A DNA stretch of 64,000 bases from an uncultured Lentimicrobiaceae bacterium (GTDB lineage: Bacteria > Bacteroidota > Bacteroidia > Bacteroidales > SKPS01), in assembly GCA_964469215.1 (NCBI GenBank), contig CAYXYB010000003.1, positions 47,348 through 111,347 of the forward strand, read 5' to 3'. Every line of letters starts with the position of its first letter. The stretch's first letter is position 1. This document shows, in pieces, positions 1-9,446 of this stretch. The notes under the pieces are model-generated. The model searched no databases. It was not told the DNA's origin and was given only the letters and a program-made list of their open reading frames with translations. The translations under genes and the position numbers were made by a program.

Positions 1-1
1 T

Positions 2-673
2 GCCTGGTCGAAGCTCGCAAAAAATGGTGAAAAGGCCACATTCTGTGTCCCATCAGGTAATTTCGGGGACATGATGGGGGGAATACTCGCAATGCACATG
101 GGATTGCCGGTGAAAAAATTCTTGATTGCAGTCAATGAAAATGATGAATTCCCTAATTATCTATCGTCAGGGATATACAGGAAAATAGAACCATCAAGAA
201 ACTGCATTTCAAGCGCCATGAATGTTGGCCATCCAAGTAATCTGGCCCGCCTTGTTGATATGTATGGAGGGATTATGGACGAACAGGGTGTTATCCATAA
301 ACAGGCCGATCTGATAAAAATGAAAGATCAGATTTGGTCTGTGTCGGTTGATGATGAAACAACACGTAATACCATCACCGAAGCCTGGAACACACACAAA
401 CTGCTGCTCGAACCGCATGGGGCAGTTGGCTGGGCAGGATTGCACAGATACCTCCAGACTACAGATGCCGACACCCGGAACAACCTGTTCATTTCTCTGG
501 AGACTGCACATCCGGCAAAGTTTCCGGAGGAAATAAACTCACTGCTCGGTTTTGACCCTGAGCTTCCTCCTGCACTGATGAACCTCGAGAATAAACCAGA
601 GTATTATCAGATGATACCTTCTGATTATGCTGGATTTAAGGAGTATCTGGTTGAATCTTACGGGAATGTCTGA
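2..673 (+). CDS. thrC: Threonine synthase, 5'-truncated by the window edge
   Basis: Frame is open from position 2 (AWSKLAKNGEKATFCVPSGNFGDMM). It has the VPSGNFGD, NEND, PHGAVG and ETAHPAKF motifs of PLP threonine synthases. Confidence 0.93.
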   Translation, partial: AWSKLAKNGEKATFCVPSGNFGDMMGGILAMHMGLPVKKFLIAVNENDEFPNYLSSGIYRKIEPSRNCISSAMNVGHPSNLARLVDMYGGIMDEQGVIHKQADLIKMKDQIWSVSVDDETTRNTITEAWNTHKLLLEPHGAVGWAGLHRYLQTTDADTRNNLFISLETAHPAKFPEEINSLLGFDPELPPALMNLENKPEYYQMIPSDYAGFKEYLVESYGNV

Positions 674-685
674 CCGGGGTAGTCG

Positions 686-720
686 GCTATTTGCTGTTAG
701 CTGTTAGCTGTTGGCTTTTT
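686..720. repeat. Heptamer tandem repeat (GCTGTTA-like x5)
   Basis: gctattt gctgtta gctgtta gctgttg gcttttt, directly after the thrC stop. Confidence 0.8.
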
Positions 721-741
721 ATTGATGCCTATTGGTTTTGG

Positions 742-815
742 CTAATCGTGCAATCGGCTAATCGTTGAATCGTAAAGTCGTAAGGTCTTTAAAAGTCGTA
801 AGGTCGTGTAATCGG
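742..815. repeat. Degenerate octamer tandem repeat (ctaatcgt / aaagtcgt / aaggtcgt units)
   Basis: ctaatcgt gcaatcgg ctaatcgt tgaatcgt aaagtcgt aaggtctt t(a) aaagtcgt aaggtcgt gtaatcgg: 8-nt periodicity in the thrC-thrH spacer. Confidence 0.7.
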
Positions 816-850
816 TAGTCAGCCTTTTAGTTTAACTTTTTAATTAATTG

Positions 851-1471
851 ATGATGAAATTAGTATGTTTTGATATGGAGGGTGTGTTCACACCGGAGAT
901 CTGGGTAAATGTTGCGAAGAAAACCGGGATTGAGGAATTGAAGATCACAACACGTGATGAGCCCGATTATGATAAGCTGATGAAGTATCGCATTGGCATC
1001 CTTGAGCAGCATGGAATAACACTAAAGTATATTCAGGAAGTAATATCAGGCCTCGATCTTCTGCCTGGTGCAAAGGAGTTTTTCGACAAGGTGCGGGAGA
1101 CGTTGCAGGCGGTTGTGGTAACCGACAGCTTTGTGGAGTTTGCCATACCTTTCATTGACAAGCTTGGTAAACCGCTTGTCCTGTGCCACAACCTGATCAC
1201 CGATGAAAGAGGCATGATTACTGGTTACAAATTACGTCAGCCGGATCCTAAAAGAGAGGTTGTCAAAGCATTTCAGGGTTTGAAATATAAGGTTATCGGC
1301 ATTGGTGATTCCTATAACGATATGGGAATGATTCAGCAGGCCGAAGCAGGCATACTTTACTGCCCCCCTGAAAATGTGATAAGAGACTATCCGAAGTACC
1401 CTGTTACAAGGAATTACGAGGAGCTGCTCAAAAAGATAGACGAAGCCTCTGAGAAGCTAATTTACTCATAA
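851..1471 (+). CDS. thrH: Bifunctional phosphoserine phosphatase / homoserine phosphotransferase (HAD family)
   Basis: DMEGVFTPEIW, TTRDEPDYDKLM and GDSYND motifs typical of ThrH; next to thrC. Confidence 0.9.
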   Translation: MMKLVCFDMEGVFTPEIWVNVAKKTGIEELKITTRDEPDYDKLMKYRIGILEQHGITLKYIQEVISGLDLLPGAKEFFDKVRETLQAVVVTDSFVEFAIPFIDKLGKPLVLCHNLITDERGMITGYKLRQPDPKREVVKAFQGLKYKVIGIGDSYNDMGMIQQAEAGILYCPPENVIRDYPKYPVTRNYEELLKKIDEASEKLIYS

Positions 1472-1492
1472 TTCATAAATCATAACTCATAA
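1465..1492. repeat. Heptamer tandem repeat (nTCATAA x4) between two convergent stop codons
   Basis: ctcataa ttcataa atcataa ctcataa ctca. It contains the thrH TAA (1469-1471) and abuts the capA TGA (1494-1496). Confidence 0.8.
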
Positions 1493-1493
1493 C

Positions 1494-2675
1494 TCACCTC
1501 CTGAAAAGCAAAGTCCCCATATGCTCCCTTGTGTCATTTGCAAAGGTTTCAAAGGCCTTCTGATGTGATGCGGGAAGATTCAGGATCTGATTAAGGCTGT
1601 CTGAATTTGCAACAGTTAATATCCTGTACTGAAGCGGAGAGTCATTCTTCCAGACCCAGAAAGGATCATACATTAGATTGCCGATGGTGACAGCTCCCGT
1701 TACCTTGCTTTTAGCCACATCTAACGTCACAAACATACCGCCATCCCGGTATCGCTGCCTCTGGTTAGAATAGAAGTTGCCAAGCGACCATACCACCAAT
1801 ACCTGCTTTTCAATACTGTCAATAGTTGCTGTTATCCATTCAACAGGCTGCACCACATGTGGGTGATGACCGATGATAACATCTACACCCTCATCAGCCA
1901 GAAACTGAGCAACCCTCTTCTGGTATGAATCCGGTTTCCTCAGATATTCACCTCCCCAGTGCATAACAGCTATCAACAGGTCTGGTTCCATTAACCTGGC
2001 TTTGGAGATGTCAGCCCTCAACTCATCAAAATCAATCATATTGACCTTGACAGGATGTTTTGGTACAAGTCCGTTGGTGCTGTAGGTCGCATTCAACAGT
2101 GCAATCCGTAAGCCTTTTATCTTTAACAGAAGGGGATAGGTGGTATCTCTCTGTACCTTATCCCTATAGATACCTGTGTGCTTAATTCCGAGACTGTCAA
2201 GCACATTAATTGTCCGGAGCAGCCCTTTATTATACTGGTCAACTGCATGATTATTTGCACAGCAAAAAAGGTTGAAACCAAGATTTTTAAGGTCTCTTGC
2301 ATAGGCATCAGGTGCTGAGAATTGGGGGTATCCTTTGTATGGTTCACCTGCAAGAGGTGTTTCAAGATTGATCATAGCAAGATCAAAGCCGGATACTCTG
2401 GGTCTCAGGAATGTGAATACATTGCTAAAGTCATATCCAACAGAATCACTATCATATGCAGCCTGGGTTTGTGGCAGATGTGCCATCGCATCTCCGGCAG
2501 CCAATATCCTTAAAAGTATTACTGTGTCAGGTTCCTGTTGCTTCGGGCTAAATGCAGCTTCCTGAATATAAATTCTGTCAGGTATCCCTGTTGCCTGAAT
2601 AAACAAGATGATTAAAATCCCTGCAACCATCATTAGTATTGTCGACCCTGTAGGCTTTCTTTTAGGTTTTTTCAT
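1494..2675 (-). CDS. CapA / poly-gamma-glutamate synthesis family metallophosphatase-fold protein
   Basis: GDAMAH, NLE, ANNHAVD, HWG, GHHPHV and SLGNF motifs; N-terminal membrane anchor. Confidence 0.85.
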   Translation of the reverse strand: MKKPKRKPTGSTILMMVAGILIILFIQATGIPDRIYIQEAAFSPKQQEPDTVILLRILAAGDAMAHLPQTQAAYDSDSVGYDFSNVFTFLRPRVSGFDLAMINLETPLAGEPYKGYPQFSAPDAYARDLKNLGFNLFCCANNHAVDQYNKGLLRTINVLDSLGIKHTGIYRDKVQRDTTYPLLLKIKGLRIALLNATYSTNGLVPKHPVKVNMIDFDELRADISKARLMEPDLLIAVMHWGGEYLRKPDSYQKRVAQFLADEGVDVIIGHHPHVVQPVEWITATIDSIEKQVLVVWSLGNFYSNQRQRYRDGGMFVTLDVAKSKVTGAVTIGNLMYDPFWVWKNDSPLQYRILTVANSDSLNQILNLPASHQKAFETFANDTREHMGTLLFRR

Positions 2676-2722
2676 CTATTGTAATACAGATTTTAGCAGA
2701 AAATGTTTCTTTAACAGAAAAA

Positions 2723-4270
2723 TTATTGTCTGATGAACTTAATGGTTTGATTGTCTGCGCTGAAGAAATATATACCAACTGGCAGATCGCTGATATTCAG
2801 TTTTTCAATACCATTCTCAGGTACGCTCATATTTGCACTTCTTAAAACTCTTCCGGAAATGTCCCTGATTTTGTAATCTATAAGTGGCTGTTTGTTATAA
2901 TTTAATGATCTGATAAAGATTTCATCGTTTGCAGGATTCGGATAAAGAAGGTAGAGATCTTTTTTATTTGAAGATGGCATTGAACCAATGCTTGTCTGGA
3001 GCCCGATATTGGGGCCGATTGATCCGGTGCTGTCTGTTTTAATTATCATAATGTGAGTTGATCCTGACCCGAAACTTTTTGTGGTCCCTGTCATTATGTA
3101 CCCTTTTTCGCTTGTCAGTATCAGATGCACTGCAATATCATCCTCATCCCCTCCAAAGATCTGTGCCGGAAGATACTGGCTCCACCAGCCATCCGGATCA
3201 GCATTCTGCATGAAAAAATCCCGTTTCCCAAATCCATGCTGCCCTTTTGTCCAGTATCCTGCCATCCTGTATGTGCTGTCGGGCATCTGGATTATTGAAT
3301 AAAATGCAGCTTCATCCTCAGAACCGAGTCTGTTCTTCCATTCTACTCCACCACTACTGTCGAGACGTAAAATAAATGACTCCAGTCCGTAATCAACCCA
3401 GAAGGCACTCTGGCCGCACAAGATGTATCCGCCCGACAGATCGGGACGTATGCCGGTAGCAATATCCGGCCCCGCATAGTCTTCAACGATCTCCCAGTTG
3501 ACATTACCGTTATAATCAGTGTTGATAATATATAGTGCTGAATCACCATAAATACTGTAACTCTCACTATAACCGGCCATTATCAGACTATTATTATGTC
3601 CGGTGTCGATGGCCAGAAAGACATCATCCAATTGCCCTCCGAAACTCTTTTGCCACTGTAACACTCCGGAAGTGTCAAGGCAGCTCAGCGATGCCTGTTT
3701 TACTCCATAAATTGTATCTGTTGCCTCACCGGCAACGTGTATATTTCCATTTTCAGATATCACCAGCGCCCTTGCAAAATTCCATCCACCGCTACCCCAG
3801 TATTTTTCTTTCATGAGGTTCCCATGTATATCAGTAATTAAAAGCATGTTACGGTATGTGCCCTGTTGTGTGGCGTAACCTGCAAGGTAAATCCTGTTAT
3901 CTTTAAATGCTGCTGAAGTTACCTTTATAAGAAATGGCTTCTGTATTAAGAGATCCTTTATCAGACTGCCATATTGGTCAATATATGCAAGGTAAATTGC
4001 ACTGTTTGTTGAAAATCCTGAAGAATTACCGATTATCAGATAAGTGGAATCGTCCAACTGAAAAGTTCCTACACCCTCATTATATGTGCTGTTACCATAA
4101 ACGGCAACAAATTCAAGAGATTGGGATGCTACCCTAATAGAAGCAATAATTAACAGGATAATCAACATCAATGATCTCAAATCAGAGATAACTGATATAC
4201 CTTTTACTACGAATTTTGTTATTTGACACCTGTTTATAAATCTGTATAAAGCATCTTTCTGATAGATCAT
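2723..4270 (-). CDS. T9SS type A sorting domain protein with repeat (probable beta-propeller) body
   Basis: C-terminal LYPNPAND...IRDISGRVL...LNISDLPVGIYFFS...KFIRQ CTD; repeated GG..DD / YILxG units. ATGA overlap with the upstream gene; the true start may be the later MLIILLII. Confidence 0.8.
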   Translation of the reverse strand: MIYQKDALYRFINRCQITKFVVKGISVISDLRSLMLIILLIIASIRVASQSLEFVAVYGNSTYNEGVGTFQLDDSTYLIIGNSSGFSTNSAIYLAYIDQYGSLIKDLLIQKPFLIKVTSAAFKDNRIYLAGYATQQGTYRNMLLITDIHGNLMKEKYWGSGGWNFARALVISENGNIHVAGEATDTIYGVKQASLSCLDTSGVLQWQKSFGGQLDDVFLAIDTGHNNSLIMAGYSESYSIYGDSALYIINTDYNGNVNWEIVEDYAGPDIATGIRPDLSGGYILCGQSAFWVDYGLESFILRLDSSGGVEWKNRLGSEDEAAFYSIIQMPDSTYRMAGYWTKGQHGFGKRDFFMQNADPDGWWSQYLPAQIFGGDEDDIAVHLILTSEKGYIMTGTTKSFGSGSTHIMIIKTDSTGSIGPNIGLQTSIGSMPSSNKKDLYLLYPNPANDEIFIRSLNYNKQPLIDYKIRDISGRVLRSANMSVPENGIEKLNISDLPVGIYFFSADNQTIKFIRQ

Positions 4271-5103
4271 ATTTTTCCAGTTAGAGTCATTTTTAAATCT
4301 GCCAGCTCAGAAAGTACCGGTTCAAGGGAGTTGACCTGAAAGCAGTATCCTGCTGAACTTCTCGCTATTGCAGGGTTTGCATGTGCATCAATAATGAATC
4401 CCGCAGCTCCTGCTGCAAGTGATGCCCTTCCTAACACCAAAGCTGTCTGAAGTGCATCCTGTTCACTCAGAACAGGATGACCTGATGCTACAATATTGCT
4501 CAGGTCAATCATCACCGGAACATTGTTTTTCAACATTACCATAAGGTTTCTCAAATCCATTACTACATCATTGTATCCATGCATCGTTCCACGCTCTGTC
4601 AGGAAAATACAACTGCCTCCCTTCCTGTGTATCTTATGTACTGCCTCCGTCATCTCAAATCCATTTATTGTCATACCTTTCCTGATATTCACGCATTTCC
4701 CTGTTTTGCCTGCCGCTTCCAGGAGACTTGTTTCCCTGAAGAGGTATGCCGGTATTTGTAATACATCTGCATATTTTGCTGCAATAAAAACATCAAGTTC
4801 GTTATAAACGTCGGTCTGTACCGGTATCTGATGCAGTTTACCTATTGATTTCAGATGTTTTAATGCAGTCTCTGTGCCAAGGCCGGTAAATTCCTGAGCA
4901 ACAGCACTGTTAATTCTTTTAAAAGCAGATTTAAAAATCAGGATTATATTCAACCGTTTACATATTTCGCAAAGATGCTCTGCTGTCTTTGAAGCCAAAG
5001 CCTTGTCGTCAAGGAGCGAAGGCCCTGCAATAACCAGGAGCATACCGTTGCTAATCTCCCTTACTATGTTACGATATGAAAAATACACCTCTTTCATAAA
5101 CAT
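4267..5103 (-). CDS. KdsA (KDO8P synthase)-like protein with degenerate active site
   Basis: IAGP, FKS, DVLQIPA, TERG and GY.D scaffold of KdsA, but KANRS and the metal ligands are substituted (see findings). Confidence 0.8.
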   Translation of the reverse strand: MFMKEVYFSYRNIVREISNGMLLVIAGPSLLDDKALASKTAEHLCEICKRLNIILIFKSAFKRINSAVAQEFTGLGTETALKHLKSIGKLHQIPVQTDVYNELDVFIAAKYADVLQIPAYLFRETSLLEAAGKTGKCVNIRKGMTINGFEMTEAVHKIHRKGGSCIFLTERGTMHGYNDVVMDLRNLMVMLKNNVPVMIDLSNIVASGHPVLSEQDALQTALVLGRASLAAGAAGFIIDAHANPAIARSSAGYCFQVNSLEPVLSELADLKMTLTGKI

Positions 5104-5105
5104 TC

Positions 5106-6374
5106 TTAGTATGATAAGCCTGCTCTGTATATCACTCCTCCCGTGAAACAGAGATTTAACTTTGCTTCATCCGAAATGATGCGGTAAAGATCAGTTGACC
5201 CGAAATTGATCCACAGCTCTTTTCCTATCTTGGCATTTATCGCAAAGCCTGTCGTGTAGCCTCCGTATCCTCCGATTGTGTGTATCCTTGAAAAATATAG
5301 CCACTTGAAAACCTGCCAGTCAAAACAAACCTGTGCCATTGGCTTCATTAAAGTTTCCATCCTGTATTGGATTGATCCTCTGATAACCAAGGGCAGAAAA
5401 CTTAATTCCCTACGCATGTCGATCCGCAGATTTGCCGGTAAAACAGACATGTATCCGGAGGGTGAACCGTAACTGCTGAAGAGCTTGTCGAGTGTATCGG
5501 CAGAAATGCTGTTTTCCCAGTTTTCACCAGGGTTGAATATGTTTTCGATATAAACACCCTCATAAAGTATGGTACTGTCACGTTTCCAATAATATCCTTT
5601 GCCAGTCCATGCAATAAAACCCAGATGAGTAAGGCTCACGGCAACCGATAATTTTTTGGGACGAACCCAGGCAAAAAAGATATCAAGTCCTGGCCCTGCA
5701 CCCTGAACCGAAAAAGGGGAGGAGGGATCGTAATCAGACCTGTTTAAGCTCATGTCACTGTGCAGTGATATCCACTCGCCAAAGGGTGCAGTATATAATG
5801 AGGCTCGCCTCACATTTACATTTAGGTTACGAAATCCCAGGTTTATACCTAAAGCAAATCCGGAATAGAAAATATGATCTGGCCTTTCATTTTTCTTCAT
5901 TGCCCCTAGCTTCCATTGGAAATATTTAAGTTCCTGAAAGCGCATAGAGGTAATATTTACTGTGTCTCCCTCAAACAGGGAATTGCCGTATAAGGCCACC
6001 ATACCTGCTTCACGAGGGAATGAAACCTCTATCAATTGATGATACCCTACTCTCATCAAAAGAAACATCGAATCCTTGCCGGGAAAAATCCGGCCCTGAT
6101 GGACAGAGGTGTAATCAAAGTCATAATATCCGCCTGCAGTGTTTTTGTCGTTGATTGCAGAAGCCATATCATCGATTGCGTTTTGCTCAATCCTGCCACC
6201 ATTGCGTAACAATAAAAAGCTTTTGTTGGTAATTGTATTGGATCCTGAATGGATATCCCCCTGTAATGCATAGGTGCAGGTACCCGTTAACTGATGCAGA
6301 AAAGGGTTGAATTGTGCATCTGAAAAGGCAAATGAAAACAATGCGGTCAATAGTGCAATGTATCTCAAAGTCAT
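5106..6374 (-). CDS. DUF5723-like outer-membrane beta-barrel protein
   Basis: Signal peptide; alternating amphipathic strands; G.GLDI and LTHLGFIAW motifs; VLPANLRID region. Confidence 0.6.
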   Translation of the reverse strand: MTLRYIALLTALFSFAFSDAQFNPFLHQLTGTCTYALQGDIHSGSNTITNKSFLLLRNGGRIEQNAIDDMASAINDKNTAGGYYDFDYTSVHQGRIFPGKDSMFLLMRVGYHQLIEVSFPREAGMVALYGNSLFEGDTVNITSMRFQELKYFQWKLGAMKKNERPDHIFYSGFALGINLGFRNLNVNVRRASLYTAPFGEWISLHSDMSLNRSDYDPSSPFSVQGAGPGLDIFFAWVRPKKLSVAVSLTHLGFIAWTGKGYYWKRDSTILYEGVYIENIFNPGENWENSISADTLDKLFSSYGSPSGYMSVLPANLRIDMRRELSFLPLVIRGSIQYRMETLMKPMAQVCFDWQVFKWLYFSRIHTIGGYGGYTTGFAINAKIGKELWINFGSTDLYRIISDEAKLNLCFTGGVIYRAGLSY

Positions 6375-7948
6375 GGTGTTAGTTTTGTGTTCATGTTGGT
6401 ACTGATCACTATCTCCATATTGTAATCGCTTTTAAGCCTCACGAATGTGCCGGCTGGCATAGTGTTAAGTACCACCTCCAATGTCATCGATCTGGTCTGT
6501 TTAAGCAATGAAAGCCTTGCAGCATCACAATGAACCGGTATTATCGTGCGAACCGGTTCCATGTAGTCAGAAATTAGGTATTTACCTGCCTGAATCGTGC
6601 CGGCAGGTTGCAGGGAGTCAATAACATTACCTTTTTCGTCTTTCAAATGAAGTGTTATCGTCGCATCAAAAGGGAAACCATTGTCTGCAATAAGATAGAG
6701 TGTGCCATTGTTAATGGTTGATGACTCAAAGTAGAAGTCCACATCCTGTTTTAATGTAAGTCCCTGTACCATAATATTCATGGGTATGAGCAACTCAAAC
6801 CAGGCAGTCAGAGGATGGTTTTTGTGCATAAAATCGTTGCCGAGAGATATGTTGCCCATGGGATTAATTTCCACATCGAGATCGTAAAAAAGTTCATCGG
6901 GAAAAAGCTCGAACATCTTCTTGGTTGTTACAGGGTTAAAATAGAAATCATGTTCAGTCGGGGTAATCTGGCCGGTGGACTGATTCTTCTGAGCACGTAT
7001 AACGTTTACTGGCACTCCGATGAAAGGATCACTAAGCGAAGCAGAAGTGCTGTTCTTCTTGTTTTCTACCTTAATCTCATTGATCTTAAGACGCAGATCT
7101 GCACCTAAACCATTGCTGATTTTTAACACAGCAATGGCTGTATCAAGAATGATATTTCCATCTTCAAACAGATCAAAGATCTTTAGTTTTGTGGATTTTG
7201 TTCCTGTACTGATCTCATGCCGGCCGAAATAACCCTCTGCATAAAGCAGCTTGAACTCTTCAAATGAAGCATTGATTTTCAGTGTGTCGAAGGGTGTTAT
7301 CTGAACCTGTTGACCCACACTGTCAACGAATGCATCAATTTTCACCCTGATTTTGTTGTGACCCATCCCAGATGTCCCGGTCAGATCAATATTGTATCCG
7401 CTGATATCTGCGTCAATATTTAAAATTCCGGGCTGATTGCCAACGGCTGGAGGCACTGTTGCCCTGGCTGAGAAATATTTTCCGTTTTTTAATGACTGTG
7501 GTATTGAATAGGTGCATACAACTTTCTCCTTTAAAGGATTTGTGAAAGTGATATTAACTATGCCTTTGTCAACAATCATTGACCTGATCTCAGCATCCAT
7601 AAAACTGAATGTGCTCTCCTCGATGGTGCTTATAAATACCTGACCTGGATTCAGATTAATTGTTAGCGGAATGGAGTATGCCAGATCCGTAATTGATTGA
7701 CTGAAATTGAAAAGGGTGTCCTGTGTGAGTTCAAACACTTTTTGCCTGTAATCAATATAAGCATTGTTTATGCAATCAGCAGCACGAAAGGTGTCAGGAA
7801 TAATGTCGTTGAGATCCAGAGATGTTTTAATTAAAGGTGCTGAAATTCCAACATCCCACTCCAGCGAATCCCATTTTGAACAACTCCAGATGCCCGTAAA
7901 TAGCCATGCACAAATGATTATTCTAAAAGTAATCTTAAACCGTATCAT
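6371..7948 (-). CDS. Hypothetical lipoprotein (partner of the DUF5723-like protein)
   Basis: Lipobox IWSC; W...ISAPLIKTSLDL.D start; beta-rich; ATGA-coupled to the downstream gene. Confidence 0.6.
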   Translation of the reverse strand: MIRFKITFRIIICAWLFTGIWSCSKWDSLEWDVGISAPLIKTSLDLNDIIPDTFRAADCINNAYIDYRQKVFELTQDTLFNFSQSITDLAYSIPLTINLNPGQVFISTIEESTFSFMDAEIRSMIVDKGIVNITFTNPLKEKVVCTYSIPQSLKNGKYFSARATVPPAVGNQPGILNIDADISGYNIDLTGTSGMGHNKIRVKIDAFVDSVGQQVQITPFDTLKINASFEEFKLLYAEGYFGRHEISTGTKSTKLKIFDLFEDGNIILDTAIAVLKISNGLGADLRLKINEIKVENKKNSTSASLSDPFIGVPVNVIRAQKNQSTGQITPTEHDFYFNPVTTKKMFELFPDELFYDLDVEINPMGNISLGNDFMHKNHPLTAWFELLIPMNIMVQGLTLKQDVDFYFESSTINNGTLYLIADNGFPFDATITLHLKDEKGNVIDSLQPAGTIQAGKYLISDYMEPVRTIIPVHCDAARLSLLKQTRSMTLEVVLNTMPAGTFVRLKSDYNMEIVISTNMNTKLTP

Positions 7949-8407
7949 CTATTTTGTTTTACGCTTCCAGGTTGTTGATCTTCCAATTGCCGATATGCCC
8001 ACATATCCTCTAACAACCAATGTGTTGCGGTCTTCAAGCTTCATGGTGCATTTATATGTTTTTCCGTTTTCAGGGTCGTAAATTGTTCCGTTGCTCCACC
8101 TGTCATCATCAAATCTGAAACTCCTCAGAATGATCAAGCCCAGCAGAGGCTGTTTTTTTAGCTTGGCATCCGGATTCTCCTTGTCGAGCTTAGGCTTGCC
8201 ATCAGGTTCGTTTGGATCCTTCAACCAGGCAATCTTGCCAAAATAATAATCGTGTTTGTTCTTGTAGATCTTTATCAGCGATTTGTTATTTTCAGTGTAC
8301 CACTCATCAATAATATCATCACCCTTAAATACTGATGAATATGTTGCAGCAATACCAATCAATGCAATTGTTACAATAATAAAGATCAATAGACTCTGTC
8401 TTTTCAT
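7949..8407 (-). CDS. DUF2147 domain protein
   Basis: Y.GKIAWL, D..NP, LLGL.IL, W.NGTIYDPENGKTY, RGYVG and GR.TTW.R motifs. Confidence 0.9.
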   Translation of the reverse strand: MKRQSLLIFIIVTIALIGIAATYSSVFKGDDIIDEWYTENNKSLIKIYKNKHDYYFGKIAWLKDPNEPDGKPKLDKENPDAKLKKQPLLGLIILRSFRFDDDRWSNGTIYDPENGKTYKCTMKLEDRNTLVVRGYVGISAIGRSTTWKRKTK

Positions 8408-8576
8408 AGCAGGTATGGTTTTATAGTTATTAATTTCCGGTTCTGATAAGCGATTTTATGAAAATTCTGACTTCTTCAATAAGTAGAAGCATCAAAATTA
8501 ATCCATTTATAATAACCAATCAATATAATATATCACCATATCCCAACCTTTTTTCAACACTGTTTCAACATTATTG

Positions 8577-9446
8577 TCAGTTCCCAAGGGTGATAATTAT
8601 AATAGCTGCTATTGCAAGTATTATCCCTGCCCAGTTAATGAGCCTTAATTTCTCCCTGAATACAAAATATCCGGTCAATGCTGCAAGGGTAACTATGCTT
8701 GCATTAAACACAGGAAAAAAGAATGAATTGGTGAAGAGATCCAGAGATCTTAGGAAATAATATGTGGAAAAAAAATTCAGAAACCCAAGAATTATACCTG
8801 CAACAATATTCCGGATATGGAGTCTGTTTCTCATAAATATAATGCGCCAGAGTGTTATTAATAAGCCAATGCACATTGCCGTACCGAAAATCACTGTAAG
8901 CAGGAGTGTTGTCTGGTTATTAAAGTTTGTCCGGAAAATATTTGTGGTATAACTTTGTAAAGAATCATTTATCCCACCTCCAATAAAAAGAAGAATCGGC
9001 AGAAAAAAGTACCGCCTGGTAAGCCTGATCGGTTCATCTTTCCTGAATGTGAGATAAAACGCAACCAATGCTGTAATGATCCCTGAAACCTTAATCCAGT
9101 TCAGAGTATCATTTTTTATTATCAATACACCAACCAATACCGGAATAACAACCGACATTTTTGACGAAACTGCGGTAATTGCAATGCCAACTTTTCTTGA
9201 TGAGGTGGCGAATATGAAGAACACAACAATGAAGAAGAAACCTATAATAATACCATTTGCCAGCCATGGAAGTTTTATCACTTCCTGGGGTGAAACCTCC
9301 CCGCTGAATAATAGCAGCCCTAAAACCACCGCAACAACATAATTCACGCTTATGGCCTGAATGGTGTCAATTCTGAACCTCTCGAAAAGTTTGAATGTGA
9401 CTATTATGCATGTTGAAAACAGGATTGCAAGGATCAGATTGATCAT
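8577..9446 (-). CDS. EamA/DMT family transporter
   Basis: About 10 hydrophobic segments; NY in repeat 1; KMSVVIPV and FREKL motifs. Confidence 0.8.
   Translation of the reverse strand: MINLILAILFSTCIIVTFKLFERFRIDTIQAISVNYVVAVVLGLLLFSGEVSPQEVIKLPWLANGIIIGFFFIVVFFIFATSSRKVGIAITAVSSKMSVVIPVLVGVLIIKNDTLNWIKVSGIITALVAFYLTFRKDEPIRLTRRYFFLPILLFIGGGINDSLQSYTTNIFRTNFNNQTTLLLTVIFGTAMCIGLLITLWRIIFMRNRLHIRNIVAGIILGFLNFFSTYYFLRSLDLFTNSFFFPVFNASIVTLAALTGYFVFREKLRLINWAGIILAIAAIIIITLGN

Noticed and set aside
686-815. CRISPR array
   Set aside because: Units are 7-8 nt with no unique spacers, and there are no cas genes.
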